A program made the translations under genes and the position numbers. From Camelus dromedarius (taxonomy: Eukaryota): DNA of 64,000 bases. This document shows, one piece after another, positions 23,501 through 37,029 of this stretch; position 1 is the stretch's first letter; each line of letters begins with the position of its first letter. The DNA is taken from assembly GCF_036321535.1 (NCBI RefSeq), contig NC_087437.1, forward strand, positions 71,054,001 to 71,118,000. Reading direction: 5' to 3'. Below the pieces are notes generated by a model. The model worked only from the letters and a program-made list of their open reading frames with translations. It made no database searches and was not told the origin of the DNA.

Positions 23501-25549
23501 CACAAATACAGAGCTCAAAGAGTGAACTGTAAGCCCCCGGGGCACTAGGCAGAGACCCGTTCAGCCTACCTGGAGGCCTTGTTCCAGGGCCACGCCATTT
23601 CACATCCGTGAGCATTAGTCTCTGGGCAGTACCCTTGACACAGCCTATCACACAGCAAACCTGCGTCCCGCCTTTAGAGACACCAGGCTAAAGGATCATT
23701 GTCAGGAAGGATCGCCCACAGGCAGTCCTTACACTGCTGCCTCCAATCGCCTTTTTGCTACCCCTGATAACTGACTTTGCACTCCCTCTCCTGACTGTCC
23801 TGTGAGTCTGCATACAGACGCTCCCAAAGAATTCCTCATTGCCCCTACTTTTGCGGCCACGAAACAAAGTCTTAACTACTTTTACCAGTCGCTTCAAATG
23901 TGAATAGATACTCCTCTTAGAGCACTCTGTACACACTCCAACATAGAGTTGTCACACTGTCTTATACTTACCTGTTTGTTTTGCTGTAACTCCCAGTAGA
24001 CTGTGCCCAAAGAGCACTTTGGATCAGAAACAAGTGGGGTTATAGTTAAATATATGCAGATTCCCAGGCTGTACACGAGAGCGTGAGGTCAGGGCCTGTT
24101 TTGTGGAGTAACGACTCCTGGTGCTTAACGCTATGCTTGACATATAGTAGGTGTGCAACAGATAGTTCTAGAATTTGTTAATGAATACATACATTCAATG
24201 AATACATCTGGTTTAAATGTGGTTATTTCTTGCTAAATCCCAGGGTCTTTCTCTAGCTCCTGTGACTAAATCCTCAGCCAGTCACCAAAGCACCGCTACA
24301 GGAAGAGAGAGACTTGCCAAAAGTCCACTGCTTGGTCAAATAGACTATTCTAGAACTGATTGATTACATACAATTTGCATGACTTCATTCTTCTTATGGG
24401 GAATGTCAAGATTCTCTGAAAGTAAGTCATTGTGAAACCTCTGCAAAGCCTTTTCCCCAAACTGTGATTTTCTTGGGCTTGGAATTGAATATATCACAAT
24501 ATTGTCTATTCAGGTATAATTGTAATGAGCTTTCTGAAATACAAAATAAAATTCTTTGACCATATCAGAGTCTTCCTTGGCAGCTCCTTGTCTCAAAGAT
24601 TGGCATTCACAGATCTCCAGTTGCACCCTGCTCATGGAAGGCAGCACACAAATGACTAGCAAATGGTGTCAGAAAAACAATCCTGAACACCTGTGTGTGT
24701 TTGTTTGCTTTTGGCATCTGATTCAACTGCTAGCTATAAATTAATTATTCCAGTCAAAATTAATTTCTCCCTCTTCTGTTGCCCAATAGTACTTTCTTTA
24801 TCCTGCAATTAGAGCACCTAACACATTTTCCCATGTACTGCAGAATCGAGTTCCCCCATGTACTTGTTTATCAACTGCATAGGGACTGCTATGCCATTTA
24901 TTCAAAGACAGGAAGAGAACCGCAAGCCATCAGTGAGATGAGGGTCCTAGACGGTTGGTTAGCTTCACTCACTAGCTATTGACTGGTCCTCACACGCCAG
25001 GCTCAGAACTCTTGGATTCAAAGCTATATTATAAATGATATTCAATACATTCATATAAGCTGTAACTTTACTACACTGTTCCCCAAAGTGTGTCTCGCTG
25101 ACCACTTGAATCAGAAGCAAGTGGGGTTATAATTAATTAATACACGCAGACTCCCAGGCTCCGCGGCAGAGCTACCTGATCAGAGGTCCCGTCTGGGAAA
25201 GGGGACACAATATCATAAGGTACACGCTGGGTAGTCCACGATTTTTCCAGTCCTAAGCCTGCACACCATAGGTGTTCAATAGATTGTTCTTGTAGCTGCT
25301 GCTTTTAAATCTTTTGCCCATTGAGGTTTGAGGAGTGCTGATTAACTATACAACCCACCACGATATAGATAATAAAATCATATAATAAATTAGTAAATAA
25401 AATATTAATAAATTTTAAAAGAAAATAAGAGATACATATGAACAAACTGTTAGGCAACACCAAAGTGGAGACAATCAATTCTGTGTAGAAGGCTCTAGAA
25501 AGACATTACAGAGCATATTACAGTTCAGTTGGGTCATTCAGAATGCACT

Positions 25550-25730
25550 GGAATTAGCCAATCAGAGAAGCAACACAAAACGCTCTGGGTGGGCGTGCGC
25601 GAGCGGGCTTGGAGAGGGAAACACGACTCAGATGTCAGAGAAGCGCGAGTCTCTCGTGATAGCTTAGGGGCCAGGGGCGGAGCACAGGGAAGCGAAGTTG
25701 GCGGGAGGAGAGGCTGGCTGTCATGACTGG
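25550..25730. promoter_or_regulatory. Orphan promoter-like CpG cluster (CCAAT, GC boxes, E2F-type site)
   Basis: agccaatcag 25556-25565, gggtgggcgtg 25587-25597, ggggcggagc 25674-25683, ttggcggga 25698-25706; local CpG excess. Confidence 0.5.
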
Positions 25731-26589
25731 GGCCACACCGTGAGGCACTTGGCCATCTGTGCCTGCCCTGTATTCTCAGAGCTGTGAGGGCTCTCAAGAG
25801 GCAGACTGGCATGGCCACAGTCTAACCCAACAAGAGGGAGGGCCACCCTCAGACCTGGAGCTTCACGTGTTGGGTTACTTTTCAGGATGTAGTTGTCCTT
25901 AGATGGCATCCAAGTGACCATTTTCAGTGACTTGGAGGCTTCCCTGTTATACTGACCAGTCAAAATGTAGACGTGTCTGGCTTATGACTTACCTGAAAGA
26001 AATCTTAAATAGGGCCATGAGTTGTTTTCAATGTCCACAGCTTTAGAGCCCAACAGTAAATTCTAAGAAACCAATTTCCACCGTGGGCAGAACCTGCTCC
26101 TAAAGCCTGATCATTTATTCAAGCATCAGAATGAAGAAAGTTGAAGAGAGACTCGGCGACAGGTCTAGCCGCGGCCAGATTTGCTAAAGGGACTGCAGAT
26201 CCTGGGGAAAGGTGGACTCCCCTTGTCCCTGCCTCCCAGTGGAGTAGGAAAGGGCAGGTCCTCTTTGAAAACATTCAGACTTTATTTGCAGAAAATCAGA
26301 CTGGAGTGAAGCTTACAGGAGGAAGGAAAACCTTGCTGGACCACAAGAAAGGTGGGGAAAAACCCAAACAAAATGGTAATCTGGACCTTTTCCCTGTGGC
26401 TTTATTGAGAGAAGAAAAGCACCTTGATCAAAGTCCTGCCACCTTTCATTTGCTCATCGGCGAGTTTCAGCCTCCAGTTGGGTCATGTCCCTCCAATAGC
26501 AGATGAAGACAGCAAAGCATAGCCCTTTGCTCAACATCAACGTACTTGTCTGCGTCTCCGAGCTTCATCTCTCCTGTAGAGAGGTCTGC

Positions 26590-26830
26590 ACTCAACAGTA
26601 ATGGCCAGCACTTCCCAAATTCTGACCACACCCCTTACACAAAGGGTCTCACTGAATCCTCCCAACAATCTCATGGCGTTCACACTTATTATCTCCATGT
26701 TACAAATGAGGAAACTGTGTCCCAGAGAGGTGAACTCACCCACTACGGTCAGCATCCACGACAGAGCAGCAGAGCTGGGATGTGAACCCAGGTGATCTGA
26801 CTCCAGACCCATATGCTTAGCCTCTACATC
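26590..26830 (-). mobile_element. MIR SINE
   Basis: tccatgttacaaatgaggaaactgtgtcccagagagg...gagctgggatgtgaacccaggtgatctgactccaga. Confidence 0.85.
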
Positions 26831-28429
26831 TTCAAGGTGTAGCTTCATGATGTACAAGCTTCAAAATCTGAAGCTCGACTAGTAGAATAAACTATGGTAC
26901 CAACACATGATGAGTTCTATGCAGCTGTTACAAGGAATGAGGAGTAGCTTTAGGATGTACTGTTAAGTGAAAAAAAGCAATGTGGAGAAAAGCAGATACT
27001 TTATCATTTATCAGAGAAGCAGGGTGCACTTGTATACAATGGCAGAGTAAACCATTAAATGAAAAGTTACTTAAAAAGGGAGGGAGGAAATAGGGTAAAG
27101 GGAATAGGGACAGGAGTTAGACTTTTTGATTATGTCTTGTAAACTTGACTTTTGAGGTGTGTAAGTATTTTATGTAATTATAAAACAAAAAATATATAAA
27201 AAGCAATCTCTTCTGAAAGAAAACCAATAAAATGCACCCAAGCCATCAAAAAAAGAAAAAAAGAACAATCCCCCCCGCAAAAAAAAAAAAAAGAAGCTCA
27301 ATCATAAAAGCAACACAGGTTCGTTATAGGAAATTTGGAAAAACACAGAAAAGGCACAAAAAGGAAATTAAAATCACCCACAATCCTATCATGTCTACCT
27401 TTTGAGTAAGGGAATAAAGTAAAAACTGAAAATTCCTTCTTACTTCTGACTTCAGCTCTCAAAGGTCCTGCCAGACTTTTTTCTTTAATGTTTACACAAA
27501 TATGTGCGGGCATATACTTACCGAAACAATGGTTTTTAAATAAGAAGACTGTGTTTCATGTTGCACAATAGGAGTATTTTACCTATTGCTTTATTTTACT
27601 TGATATAACATCTATTCAAAACTTTTTACTAATTGCATAATCATCCACTGTCTGCTAAACCATCATTTATTCAACCAAGGCTATACTAAATATCTTTGTC
27701 CAGATAGCTTTTGTGCCCAAGCGCGTGGTTCTGTAAGACACATTCCAACAAGTGGCTCACAGAGCATGTGCATTTCTCATTTTGCTAATTGTCAAATTAC
27801 TCAGTGGCTCTTTATGATGACATAAAAGGGGGTTGTTGATAATAAATCTACATTATGTAATGAATATTGCACATAGCTTATTTAAGCATAATTGTACACC
27901 ACAATGAATGATGATTTAAAGGGGTTTGTACATTTCAAACTCTTCCCCACCAAAAAACTGGGTAAGAAAATGTGTTTCTTTCTGGCTTCTCTGGAATTCT
28001 CTTCTTTGTTGGGCACTGCTCTTGCCTCACATGAGCCCACGCTGGGGTGTATCTTTCTTGTGTGCGTGAGTTTGCTTCCTGAAACCGTGCACTCTTGATA
28101 CCTGTGCTTGTCCAACATGTACTCCAAGTACCGAATCTTTACCAACAACTCTTCTCAAACAGCTGTCCCCTCCCGTACCCTGGGCGAAATGCTGGCTGCT
28201 GCTTTTTCTGTCTATTTGCCTGGCTCCTGAGCCGGCGGGTCTGATAGCTTCACGCACTCTGGTCAGCACGAGGACGGCAGCAGCGCTGTTGTCTTCAGAG
28301 TCACTTCCAGATTGGGCTGGACTTGCCACACTCTTCAACTTCCCTCAGGCTGATGTCCCTTGTCCCCCTCACCTAGCTCTTCTCTTTGCTTGACCTGCCC
28401 CTCCTTGTATTAATTATTCCCCCGCTTGA

Positions 28430-28655
28430 GAGGCATGCTGCCAAATGCAGAGGCTTTGGAATCAGAAACGTCGGAGTTCGAATCCTGACTCTTAAGCCTG
28501 TTGGCTGTGTGACCTTAAGTAAGGCATTAACCTCTCTGCATCTCAATCCTCAATCGTAAAGAAGATAATAATGAAAAAAATGAACTCACAGGACTCTTGA
28601 ATATGGTGCCTGGCACACCATAATTTGGTAATAATTTGTAGCTATTCTTAATATC
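28430..28655 (+). mobile_element. MIR SINE
   Basis: ggctttggaatcaga...gagttcgaatcctgactct...gctgtgtgacctt. Confidence 0.8.
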
Positions 28656-28662
28656 ATTCTGG

Positions 28663-29237
28663 TGAAGGAAAAAATGGGGCACAAGAGGATGGCCGTGTCC
28701 GAGTCCCTGGGACGAGCCCCATCAAGTGAGGGTCCTTAGCTTCGTGCAAGAAAGAATTCTAGAGCCAGCCATAGTAGGGTGAAGGTAGATTTATTAAGAG
28801 AGATGCACAGTCCACAGACAGAGTGTGGGTCATCTCCCAGGACAAGAGAGAGCAACAGAGGGGCCTAGGAGATACACGTTCCATAGGCAGGATGCAGGCC
28901 ATTTTACTCAGAAGGGAGAGTGGACACGAGGTGAGGGGTTGCTCCTTTTTACGGGCTCGGTAACTTCATATGTTAACAAGTGGGAAGATTATACCAATGA
29001 CTTTGGGGAAGGGGCTGGGATTCCCAGGTACTGGGCCACCACCCACTTTATGACCTTTTATGGTTAACCTCAGAACTGTCATGGCACCCACGGGAGTGCC
29101 ATTCACCATGCTAAAGTATTACAATGAGCATATAATGAAGCTCAAGGTCTACTGGGGGTTGAGTCTTCTGCCATCGTGGTGCTCACTGCTGTGTCATTCT
29201 TTTAATGGTTGTCCCTGCTCCCTTCCCTCCTGTCTCA
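28663..29237 (-). mobile_element. Solo ERV1-type LTR
   Basis: TG...CA ends (tgaaggaa...tgtctca); tttatt at ~28790 is a minus-strand polyA signal; minus strand begins tgagacaggagggaaggg; no clean TSD seen. Confidence 0.75.
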
Positions 29238-31239
29238 ATCCCACAGCCAAACTTCTCAAATGATCATAATGTCATATAAATGTTAGGATTGAAAGGTGGG
29301 GATTTTATCAAGTTTCTGCCATACACGGGCCTTGGAAGAGACTCCAAATCTTAAGCTTCATTAGCCTCAAAGTCAATCCTCCCCTCTGCTAGTGGCATGT
29401 AATGAAGTGAGACACCTACATGTCCCACTGGGGGCAGGGTGACTAGTACAGTCCTTTCAGAGAGGGTCACATCCCCAAGGAGGAGGCAGTCAGCATTTGC
29501 GATCTTTAAATATTTGTTCAACCACGAGACTCACACAGTTAGCCTCCCCTATTCAAGACCCAGGAGCAGGAAGGGGCCCCACCAAGGCCGGGAGGCTGGT
29601 GTGCAGGTGTATTGCAGAGAGGATGTACTAGGCATGTTGTCCCTCATACTGGGGTTCCCATCCTGAGAAGGTTAAGACATGGGGGGGGGGTCTTTTTGGT
29701 TACTGCAGCACCTGTGAGGTGAGAGCTCCTCCTAACATTTACTGGGCAGCTGGCCACAGGCACCATATATCCTGCATTGCATGGGGCAGTGCCACCCAGC
29801 AAAGAACCGTCCCTCCCGAAATGCCAGTAACATTCTTTTTGAGAACCATCTGTAGAGTTTAGACCTCAAAAAGCCTTCACTATTGTTTCTCATCCTGGTG
29901 AAGTGGGCTTTGCTCCTTTGGCCTGGAGCCTGGGTTACAATTACAGGTGTCACACTCCATGCCCCGCTCCTTGAGCACCACATCACTGCTCTCACTTGGC
30001 TGCCAGTGCAGAGAGGGCAGAAGACAAATGCACATTGTCTGACATAGAAAGCTTTAACTTCAAACTCCCGTGTGACACCCTTGCTGGTGAACCACCACTT
30101 GGCATCTCGCCTACAGGCTGATGCCCCAAGAAAAGCCCACGCAAGGAAAAACTCAAGCCACTGAAACTTGGGCCTCGCCAGGAGAATATAACCCACTAGT
30201 TTCATGGCCCAATAATGCCACTGACTCACCCCTAATTCCTCCCACACCCTCAGGGCTTGGAAGAAAGCCAAATATGGAAGGCCCCTAAGCCTTGTCAGAA
30301 TAAAACAGAAAAGTAACAATTAATGAGTCAACACTTTCTGAGTGCTTGCTCTGTGCTAGGCTCTGAGCTCAGCACTTCACATACATTATCTCACTTAATC
30401 CCAAGTGACATAAAATAAAGGTCACACTGGAAAAAGGCAACACCACTCATGCTAATCCTGTCCCTTGCCTTTTGAGGGTGAGTCACTCTTGGTCTGAGGC
30501 TGCACTCCAGGCCACCTGCACTCCCAGAACCCTCAGGGCTCAGCGGCTCGGGGAGGCAGAACGGTTAAATTCATGAGCTTGGGGCCCGCAAAGGGAGGAC
30601 TTATCTCTCACATGTCTCCTGCCATTAACAGAGATAAATCCAGGTGTTGTCATTACAGTAATGGCCTCTGTGACTGAGAGGAGTTAAAAAGAAAGTCAGT
30701 GAATGTCAAATATCTTGAAAAATCTATTCACCATGAAGTCGCCTTCTAATGGGTTCTGAGGAAACAGTAACATCCATTTTCACTCCAGACACTGCCCTCC
30801 ATGGTAAATAACACCACTAGGTGACTCTACCCCGTAAGTCCCCAGAAATTGTTTCTAATTATTGTCAGAGGCACATCAATTACCAATAGAGCCTCCAGGC
30901 AGCCCTCATCGCGGCTCTGATTAGAAACATGCTTTACTTCCATTTTTTCTGTCAAGCCCTCTCAGCCCTCTACATATTTAATTGCTCCGTCTTGGCAGCG
31001 GGCCTGCTTTTCTCACCCTCCCCTCTGAACCTCTCATGGCTAAGTCGGCATCTTCGTCCAGTCTCAGCCTGCATCTCGCTCTCTTTGAGAAGCTCCCCAG
31101 AACCCACCAAGTGCGCATTCTGTCCCTTCAAAAATACTGGGGCTCTGGTGACCCAGATAACTGATAAAACTGTTTCAATTAAAAAAAAAAAAAAACCCAT
31201 TCAGGGCCGTATGCCACACGATAATCACATTTCATACAT

Positions 31240-31370
31240 TACCTCGTTGAATCCTCAGGACAACTCCATGTAACTGTAAAGGACAGTTACTTTCTCCATT
31301 TTACATTTGGGGAAACTGAGGCATAAAGAAGTTAAACAATTCCCCCAGAGTCACATAACAAACACGCAGA
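31240..31370 (-). mobile_element. MIR fragment
   Basis: ctccattttacatttggggaaactgaggcataaagaagttaaacaattcccc. Confidence 0.8.
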
Positions 31371-31479
31371 GAACAAGCAGCCACCCACGTGGTCTGTCTT
31401 CCCTCCCATTCCTCCAGAGTCCCCAAGCAGGGGGTGAGCTGGGCTTCCTCCTTACTGGCCCTCTCCCCTCCTGATTACT

Positions 31480-33450
31480 GACCGCTGCCTCCCTCCCACA
31501 CATTCCTTGAAGATTTTAATTAGTTGGACTATTTCCAAAGCTACTTCTACCATAATTTTTGGTGCTTTCAACATCCAAGTAAACTTCAGGGAGTGGGGCT
31601 CCAGAAGGCACCACCCATGTAAACCACAACAGGAAGGGGGCCTCGAGGGGTAGCCGCCTGGCAGGGAGATGCTCCTCCCCAAGCGCCATTCCCGCACTCT
31701 TTCAGCGCCTCTGCTCCAGCGACTTCACGGCTACCCACCTCGGCCAGCCAGCCCGTGTTCAGGCCGCCGCCTAGACATCACCAACTGCAACGCAGCTGCA
31801 CTCTGTTCCAACACCTCCCTCTGGGACCGCTGCCTCCTCTCTTGCCAGCTCATCTTTTCTGGGCTCCCAGCTCCAACAATTCTTGGACCACACCAGGACG
31901 GACAAGACACGGTTCCTGGCACCTTGTGACTAGCCTCTCACCCCTCCCCTCCCCTTCACCCTCTTTCCTAGCCTAGATTCCATCGTTGTGTTACTCCCTG
32001 CATGTACCTTCAACAGCCTCAGCCGGCTCTCCCTTCATGTACTCAGCTGGCAAAACCCTCGGCCTCGTTCAAGCCGACTCTCTCCTTTCTCCATGCCTGT
32101 ACTTGTGCGGTTAAACGGCACCGAAGGAAACAACCTTGATGACTGGTCTCACTTCAGTCGTTATCACAAGCCCCACGTGGGTCCCCAGTGCCACCTGTCA
32201 GTCACTGTATTTCCCCAGTCCACCGGGAACCACTGCACCTGTTCTCTCTCTCCTCCAACCTCCAACACCCTCTCCTCCTCCTTGGGAATTACCTTTGCAG
32301 ATAACTTCACTTCCCTGAGAAAACTGAATCAATCAGAGAAAGGACTTACACAAGTTTCTACCTTCACATCTACATTTCTTCTGCACTTGTGTCCACGTAC
32401 TTTACCTTCCCACGTGTTGCTGTGATGGACTGTCCGTCTTCTGCCTAAAGCCAACCCCTCCGCTTTGCACTGTGCCCCTTCCCCTTCGTGCCCACCCTAC
32501 AACATTGCTTCTGCGCCTTTTTCCTTCTCTACTGAACCCGTTTACAAATATGATGTTATTTCTCTGATCAAAAACACAAACAAGCAAAAAACTTCCTTTG
32601 ATCTCACATCTAAATCAAACTACTACTCCATTTCTGTTCCCCTTCATGACCAAACTCCTCATAATGCTTGTCTTCACTCTCTCCAATTCTTTTCTGTCAA
32701 GTAGAGTTTTGTTCCCTTCATTCTACTAAAACAGCTCTTGTCAAGGCCACCAGTGGCCACCCATTGCTAAATGCACTGGCAAATTCTCATCCTAACTTGA
32801 ACTTCCAGTAGCGTTTGACTCAGGGGCTCACATCTTCCTTCTTAAAATGCTTCCTTCCCTTCCCTCCCAGAACACAGCTCTCTCACCAGCTGGCCAGCTC
32901 AGCCTCCTTTGTTTGTTCCTCCTCGTCTCCCTCAACATTTAGATATAGGAATCTCCCAGGGTTTCAGCCTTCAAGTCCTTTCCCTTCTCTAGCTGCAATC
33001 ATCCCCGGGGGGAAAAGTCCAGCCGCCACCTCCCCTTTGACAGCTAGACTTGTGTAGTCAGCTGGCCTCCTCACCCTTCCTGGGATGCACTGAGCACGCC
33101 CTGCCCCCGCTCCCCGGCCTCATGCCTGCTGCCCTCTCCTGCAGGATTCTGTCCCCTAGATGGTTTGTTCCTTTCAGTCTGTACTGAAAACTCACCTCAG
33201 AAGTAAGCCCCTCACTGCCTAGTTGATCTAGCATCATTCTCCCCAACCACCCCCCAGGGCACATTTCTCCCTAGCACTGATCTCTGTCTGGAATATGATG
33301 GACTCAGTCATTTATTTATTTACATGTGTCTTCCTTCACAGGAGCCTGCATTACCTGAGGACCTGAACTGCTGTTTCTCAGCCTGCAGATAGCATCCCAT
33401 TCATAGCGGGTCCTCCTTTTAAATGTACTTTGACTGAATGAATTTGGGAC
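31480..33450 (+). mobile_element. Long L2 LINE remnant (endonuclease region to 3' tail, internally deleted)
   Basis: ggtgctttcaacatccaagta (GDFNIHV-like), ctagacatcaccaactgc (LDL..TN-like), actaaaacagctcttgtcaaggccaccagtggcc (TETAL.KVTND-like), tail ending tgactgaatgaat. Confidence 0.8.
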
Positions 33451-36400
33451 TTGAACCCACGCAGTCTGACTCTGGTGGCATTATTCAGAACAGCAGAAGT
33501 GGGACATCCTTGTCACGGGCGACTCCAAAGACTATTTTGAGAGTTTGAAGGATTGGAGGTCCCACCTAGTAAGGACACAGCCAGAAAAACAAAAGCTGTT
33601 TATCATAGCCTTATTTTTGCCGCCTCTGGTGGGCTGAGCAGGCCGACTTACACATCTGTGCTGCTGCGAGAGCCGCAGACACCCTCGTCTCCCGAGAGCA
33701 CGTGGCTTGGCCTGATCTGTCACGGTGCCCATGGCGCACGCTGGGCTACTGTGAATCTTTTTCTTTTTAACTCACCAATTTCTATTTCAACTGACATGTG
33801 CTCACCCTACATCCTACTCCTGCCCTGAAGTATTTCCCCCATCTGAGCACACCTGTGCCCATCCATGGGGAAATCAGGGCCCAAGCAGAGAGTACCATCT
33901 TGCCCTGCTTAGTTGGGAAATGTGTCTGTAACACTATAATCACAACTGCCATCTGAGCAGAGCTAGATGGAATTAGAGCACTCATTGGGCTTTTCAGCTC
34001 TGCTGTTCTCTCAAAAAAAAAAAAAAGTTGGCTTTTTTTTTTTTTTTTTTTTTTTTGCTTTGCTTTGCTTTGCTTCACCTAGATATTTGTGCCAGGACTT
34101 GTATGAGAAAAACACTTCTTTCTGACCCCTGTCGTGATCAACTGATGCCTTGAAGCAGGAAATTTGATTACCCCCATCTCAGGCTGAGTCTCAGTTTTAC
34201 CAATCACAAAATGACTCAACCCCTTTTTAAAAGCCAGCTGTGACCATTGACTCTGTGACCTCCTGTGGTGTTGAATTCAGTTTAAAAAATAATAATGATA
34301 AAATAACAAAGGTTATCAAAGCTATGATGCTTCACTTCTCAACCCTTTACGGGCTGGAGGAAATAAAGCAAGTTGGCCCGACCTGAGGAGTTGATGATAC
34401 ACATCTCCCTCCTCCAGAAGCATCCTGTAACTCGTCCCACACCAGCAGCGACTTCCCAGGACGGCGTTTCTCTCCACTCCCTCCCATCAGTGAGAGCCGA
34501 GAGCCAGCTGACACGCAGGCTGATGAGCGGTGCAGGGGCTCAGACAGTGTGTCCTTCCTGCCGCGGCCTGCGGTCCCCTGTTGTCACAGGGCCCTCACTC
34601 ATTCATCTGCCGCTCACACTAATCTAGAAGGTGATCAAAGGAAAACTCCACGGACTCACGCCTGCCTAGACCAGCGCAGGGACTGGTCAAGTGTATGTGT
34701 TAAATGTGACTAGATTCTAATCTGTTCTTTTCACCCAGCTCGCTGGCTCACGCAGCTCACCCTCCCTCTCTCCCTCATTTTTTCAAAAAATAAAAAATAA
34801 ATAGATGAATTCTGGGTTGGCTGAAGATTTCAGCACTGTGACTGCTGTGCAGATGGATCCTGCTAAAGCTGGTGCTGGCTCTCTGGGGAGTAGCATGAAA
34901 TGCTGGTTTTCAAAACCTGAGCAGCGTGTAAATGGCAGCTAAAAAGGAAATGCAGATTGGGGCTGAGTGTTAATTGTCTCTTCCTCTCTTCTTCACACAC
35001 TTCAGAGGCTGTGTGGTGGCAGAAGACAGGAAAGCAGCCTGCCCCCTCGTGGGGTGGGCTTTTTTTCTTTCAAGCTGGACTGAGAGAATAACACCTAGAA
35101 TCCAAGTCAAAACATGGAATGGGTTTTTTTTTTGGGGGGGGGGTTCTTTTTCTTTTTCAAGTTCTCATCTGATGAAAGTCAGGGAGGTGGCACCGAGCTC
35201 CTAATGAAAGTAAGATTCTGCTGAGAATGAGCCGATGAGATGTGACACAGAAAGGGGAAGCAGGATGTCTTTGTTTTGAAATGACAGGCGATAAGCTATG
35301 GGGGTGCCTGGTGAGATTTTAGTCCATAACTAGGTAGCAACCTGTCAAACGCAAGGCCCCTTAAATGCATCACAAGAATTCTCACTTGAGATGATTTCAG
35401 TTCCAGCCCTGTGCGCGAGTGTGTGAGTGTATGCACGCATGCACAGCAAACATAATTGAATGCCAGAAACACGGCCGTGTCCTGTAAAGGGTACAACTGT
35501 AATCACGCTGGGGCCAGAGCTTTCATCCCCTCCATCGCCTTCCCCGCGTAGGCAGTGACAAGGTCGGCCTTAGGAACACAGCCCAGGCTCAGAGCCATTT
35601 ATTTTCCTCCCTGAAGACTCATGTGAGCTATCTCCCAAGACGTTAATCAAGCAGAATCTTGATAGTCTGTCTTTTCTTTTTATGTGTTTTGTATAGATGA
35701 AGTGGGGTTATTTGAATCTGTGCAGTTTTGAATAAGATGGGGGTAATAGAAAAGTAACTGGGAAAATTGACTTATCAGTTATCAAGGAAATAAGAAGAAT
35801 CTGGAACATTTTTCTTAAATCATAAGGTCCTTGGGCCCCACCTGACCCGTGGCCCCCTGTCCATGGTGATACCCCATTTCTCCATGCATTTATGAAAAGG
35901 CTGAGAGCCCCTGCGGCCATGGCCGAGTGCCAACCCCACTCTAGCTTTCCAGTTGGAGGCAAAGATAAGCAATCACAAATGAAAACCAGTTATAATCTAG
36001 ATCCATTCTCTCTTTCATGACCAGGAATGTGCAGATGAACTGGTCCCCATCCCTGCTCTTCACTGGCACGGCCAAGAAGAGCACATCGGGGACACTTTCC
36101 AGAGAAATGGATCCCTCCCTCCGGCTGCTGCCTCCAGCTGGGCTGGGCAATGTGCTCCACTGCAGCCTCTCCCAGCACCTTCCCTAATGAGGGCAGAGAG
36201 TGGTCTCAGCTGAGGATGGGAAAATCATGAGCTGGATCTTTCTCCAAGTACAAACTGGCCTCACTCAAGCTGTGTGTGAGAAGACAGCAGACGAAGAACT
36301 TGCAAGAACAGTTGTGGAGGTGGGAGGGGGGCCATCCTGGCTGACCCCACCCCCTGAGAGAGCTTCCTGGGCTAGAAATGGGGCTCAGGTATGAGACACA

Positions 36401-37029
36401 GGACTGGGCTGCAGGGTCTTTCTCCTTAGAAAGTATGAGTCCACTCAGTTACCTGCCACCTTCTGGGTAGAGTTCAATTTCCCAAACCTATTTCCCTCCT
36501 CAAAAGAAAGTGGCCTCCATAGGCAGGTCACCTAGACAGAATCACCACAGCGTCACCACTAAATAAATGGGAGTAGTGATGGGTGCCACTGAAAACAATG
36601 ATGCTGGCTCATGGGTTTTAGAGCATGACTCAGTCTTCCCAGCCCTGTGTGCAGGGGAATCGGTCCCTTAAGAGGGAACCCCAGAGTAGATTATGAGCTT
36701 ATAACCCACTCTCCCCAGAGGGAGAAGGGGATGGGGCTGCTGTTTCATTTTGTCTCAACAAAATAACTTGATTCCAGGGGTATGTTATGGGCAAACCAAC
36801 AAGAGCCTCAGGCGAGGTCTCAAAGCTGCTTAAATGTCACATTGCCTAGTGAATGCAGAAGGGAGCTGTTGTCACAGAGACACTGCTTCTGTTTAGTGAC
36901 ATAGCTGGCAGCTTTATCCAAGGGGCTCACATGCAGCCTGCTACCAGGATGACCATGGCAACCAAAAGAGATGACACAGTCCCTGCTGCCAGTCTAGCCC
37001 TTCCCATAGGTGACCAAAACAGAACTATC

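Noticed and set aside
29732..30319. 195-aa minus-strand ORF
   Set aside because: Non-ATG start, no recognisable domain or exon context; consistent with chance.
30810..33635. CTCF-like motifs (ccactaggtgac at ~30814; gcctctggtgg at ~33622)
   Set aside because: Mismatches at core positions; not supportable without a PWM scan or ChIP data.
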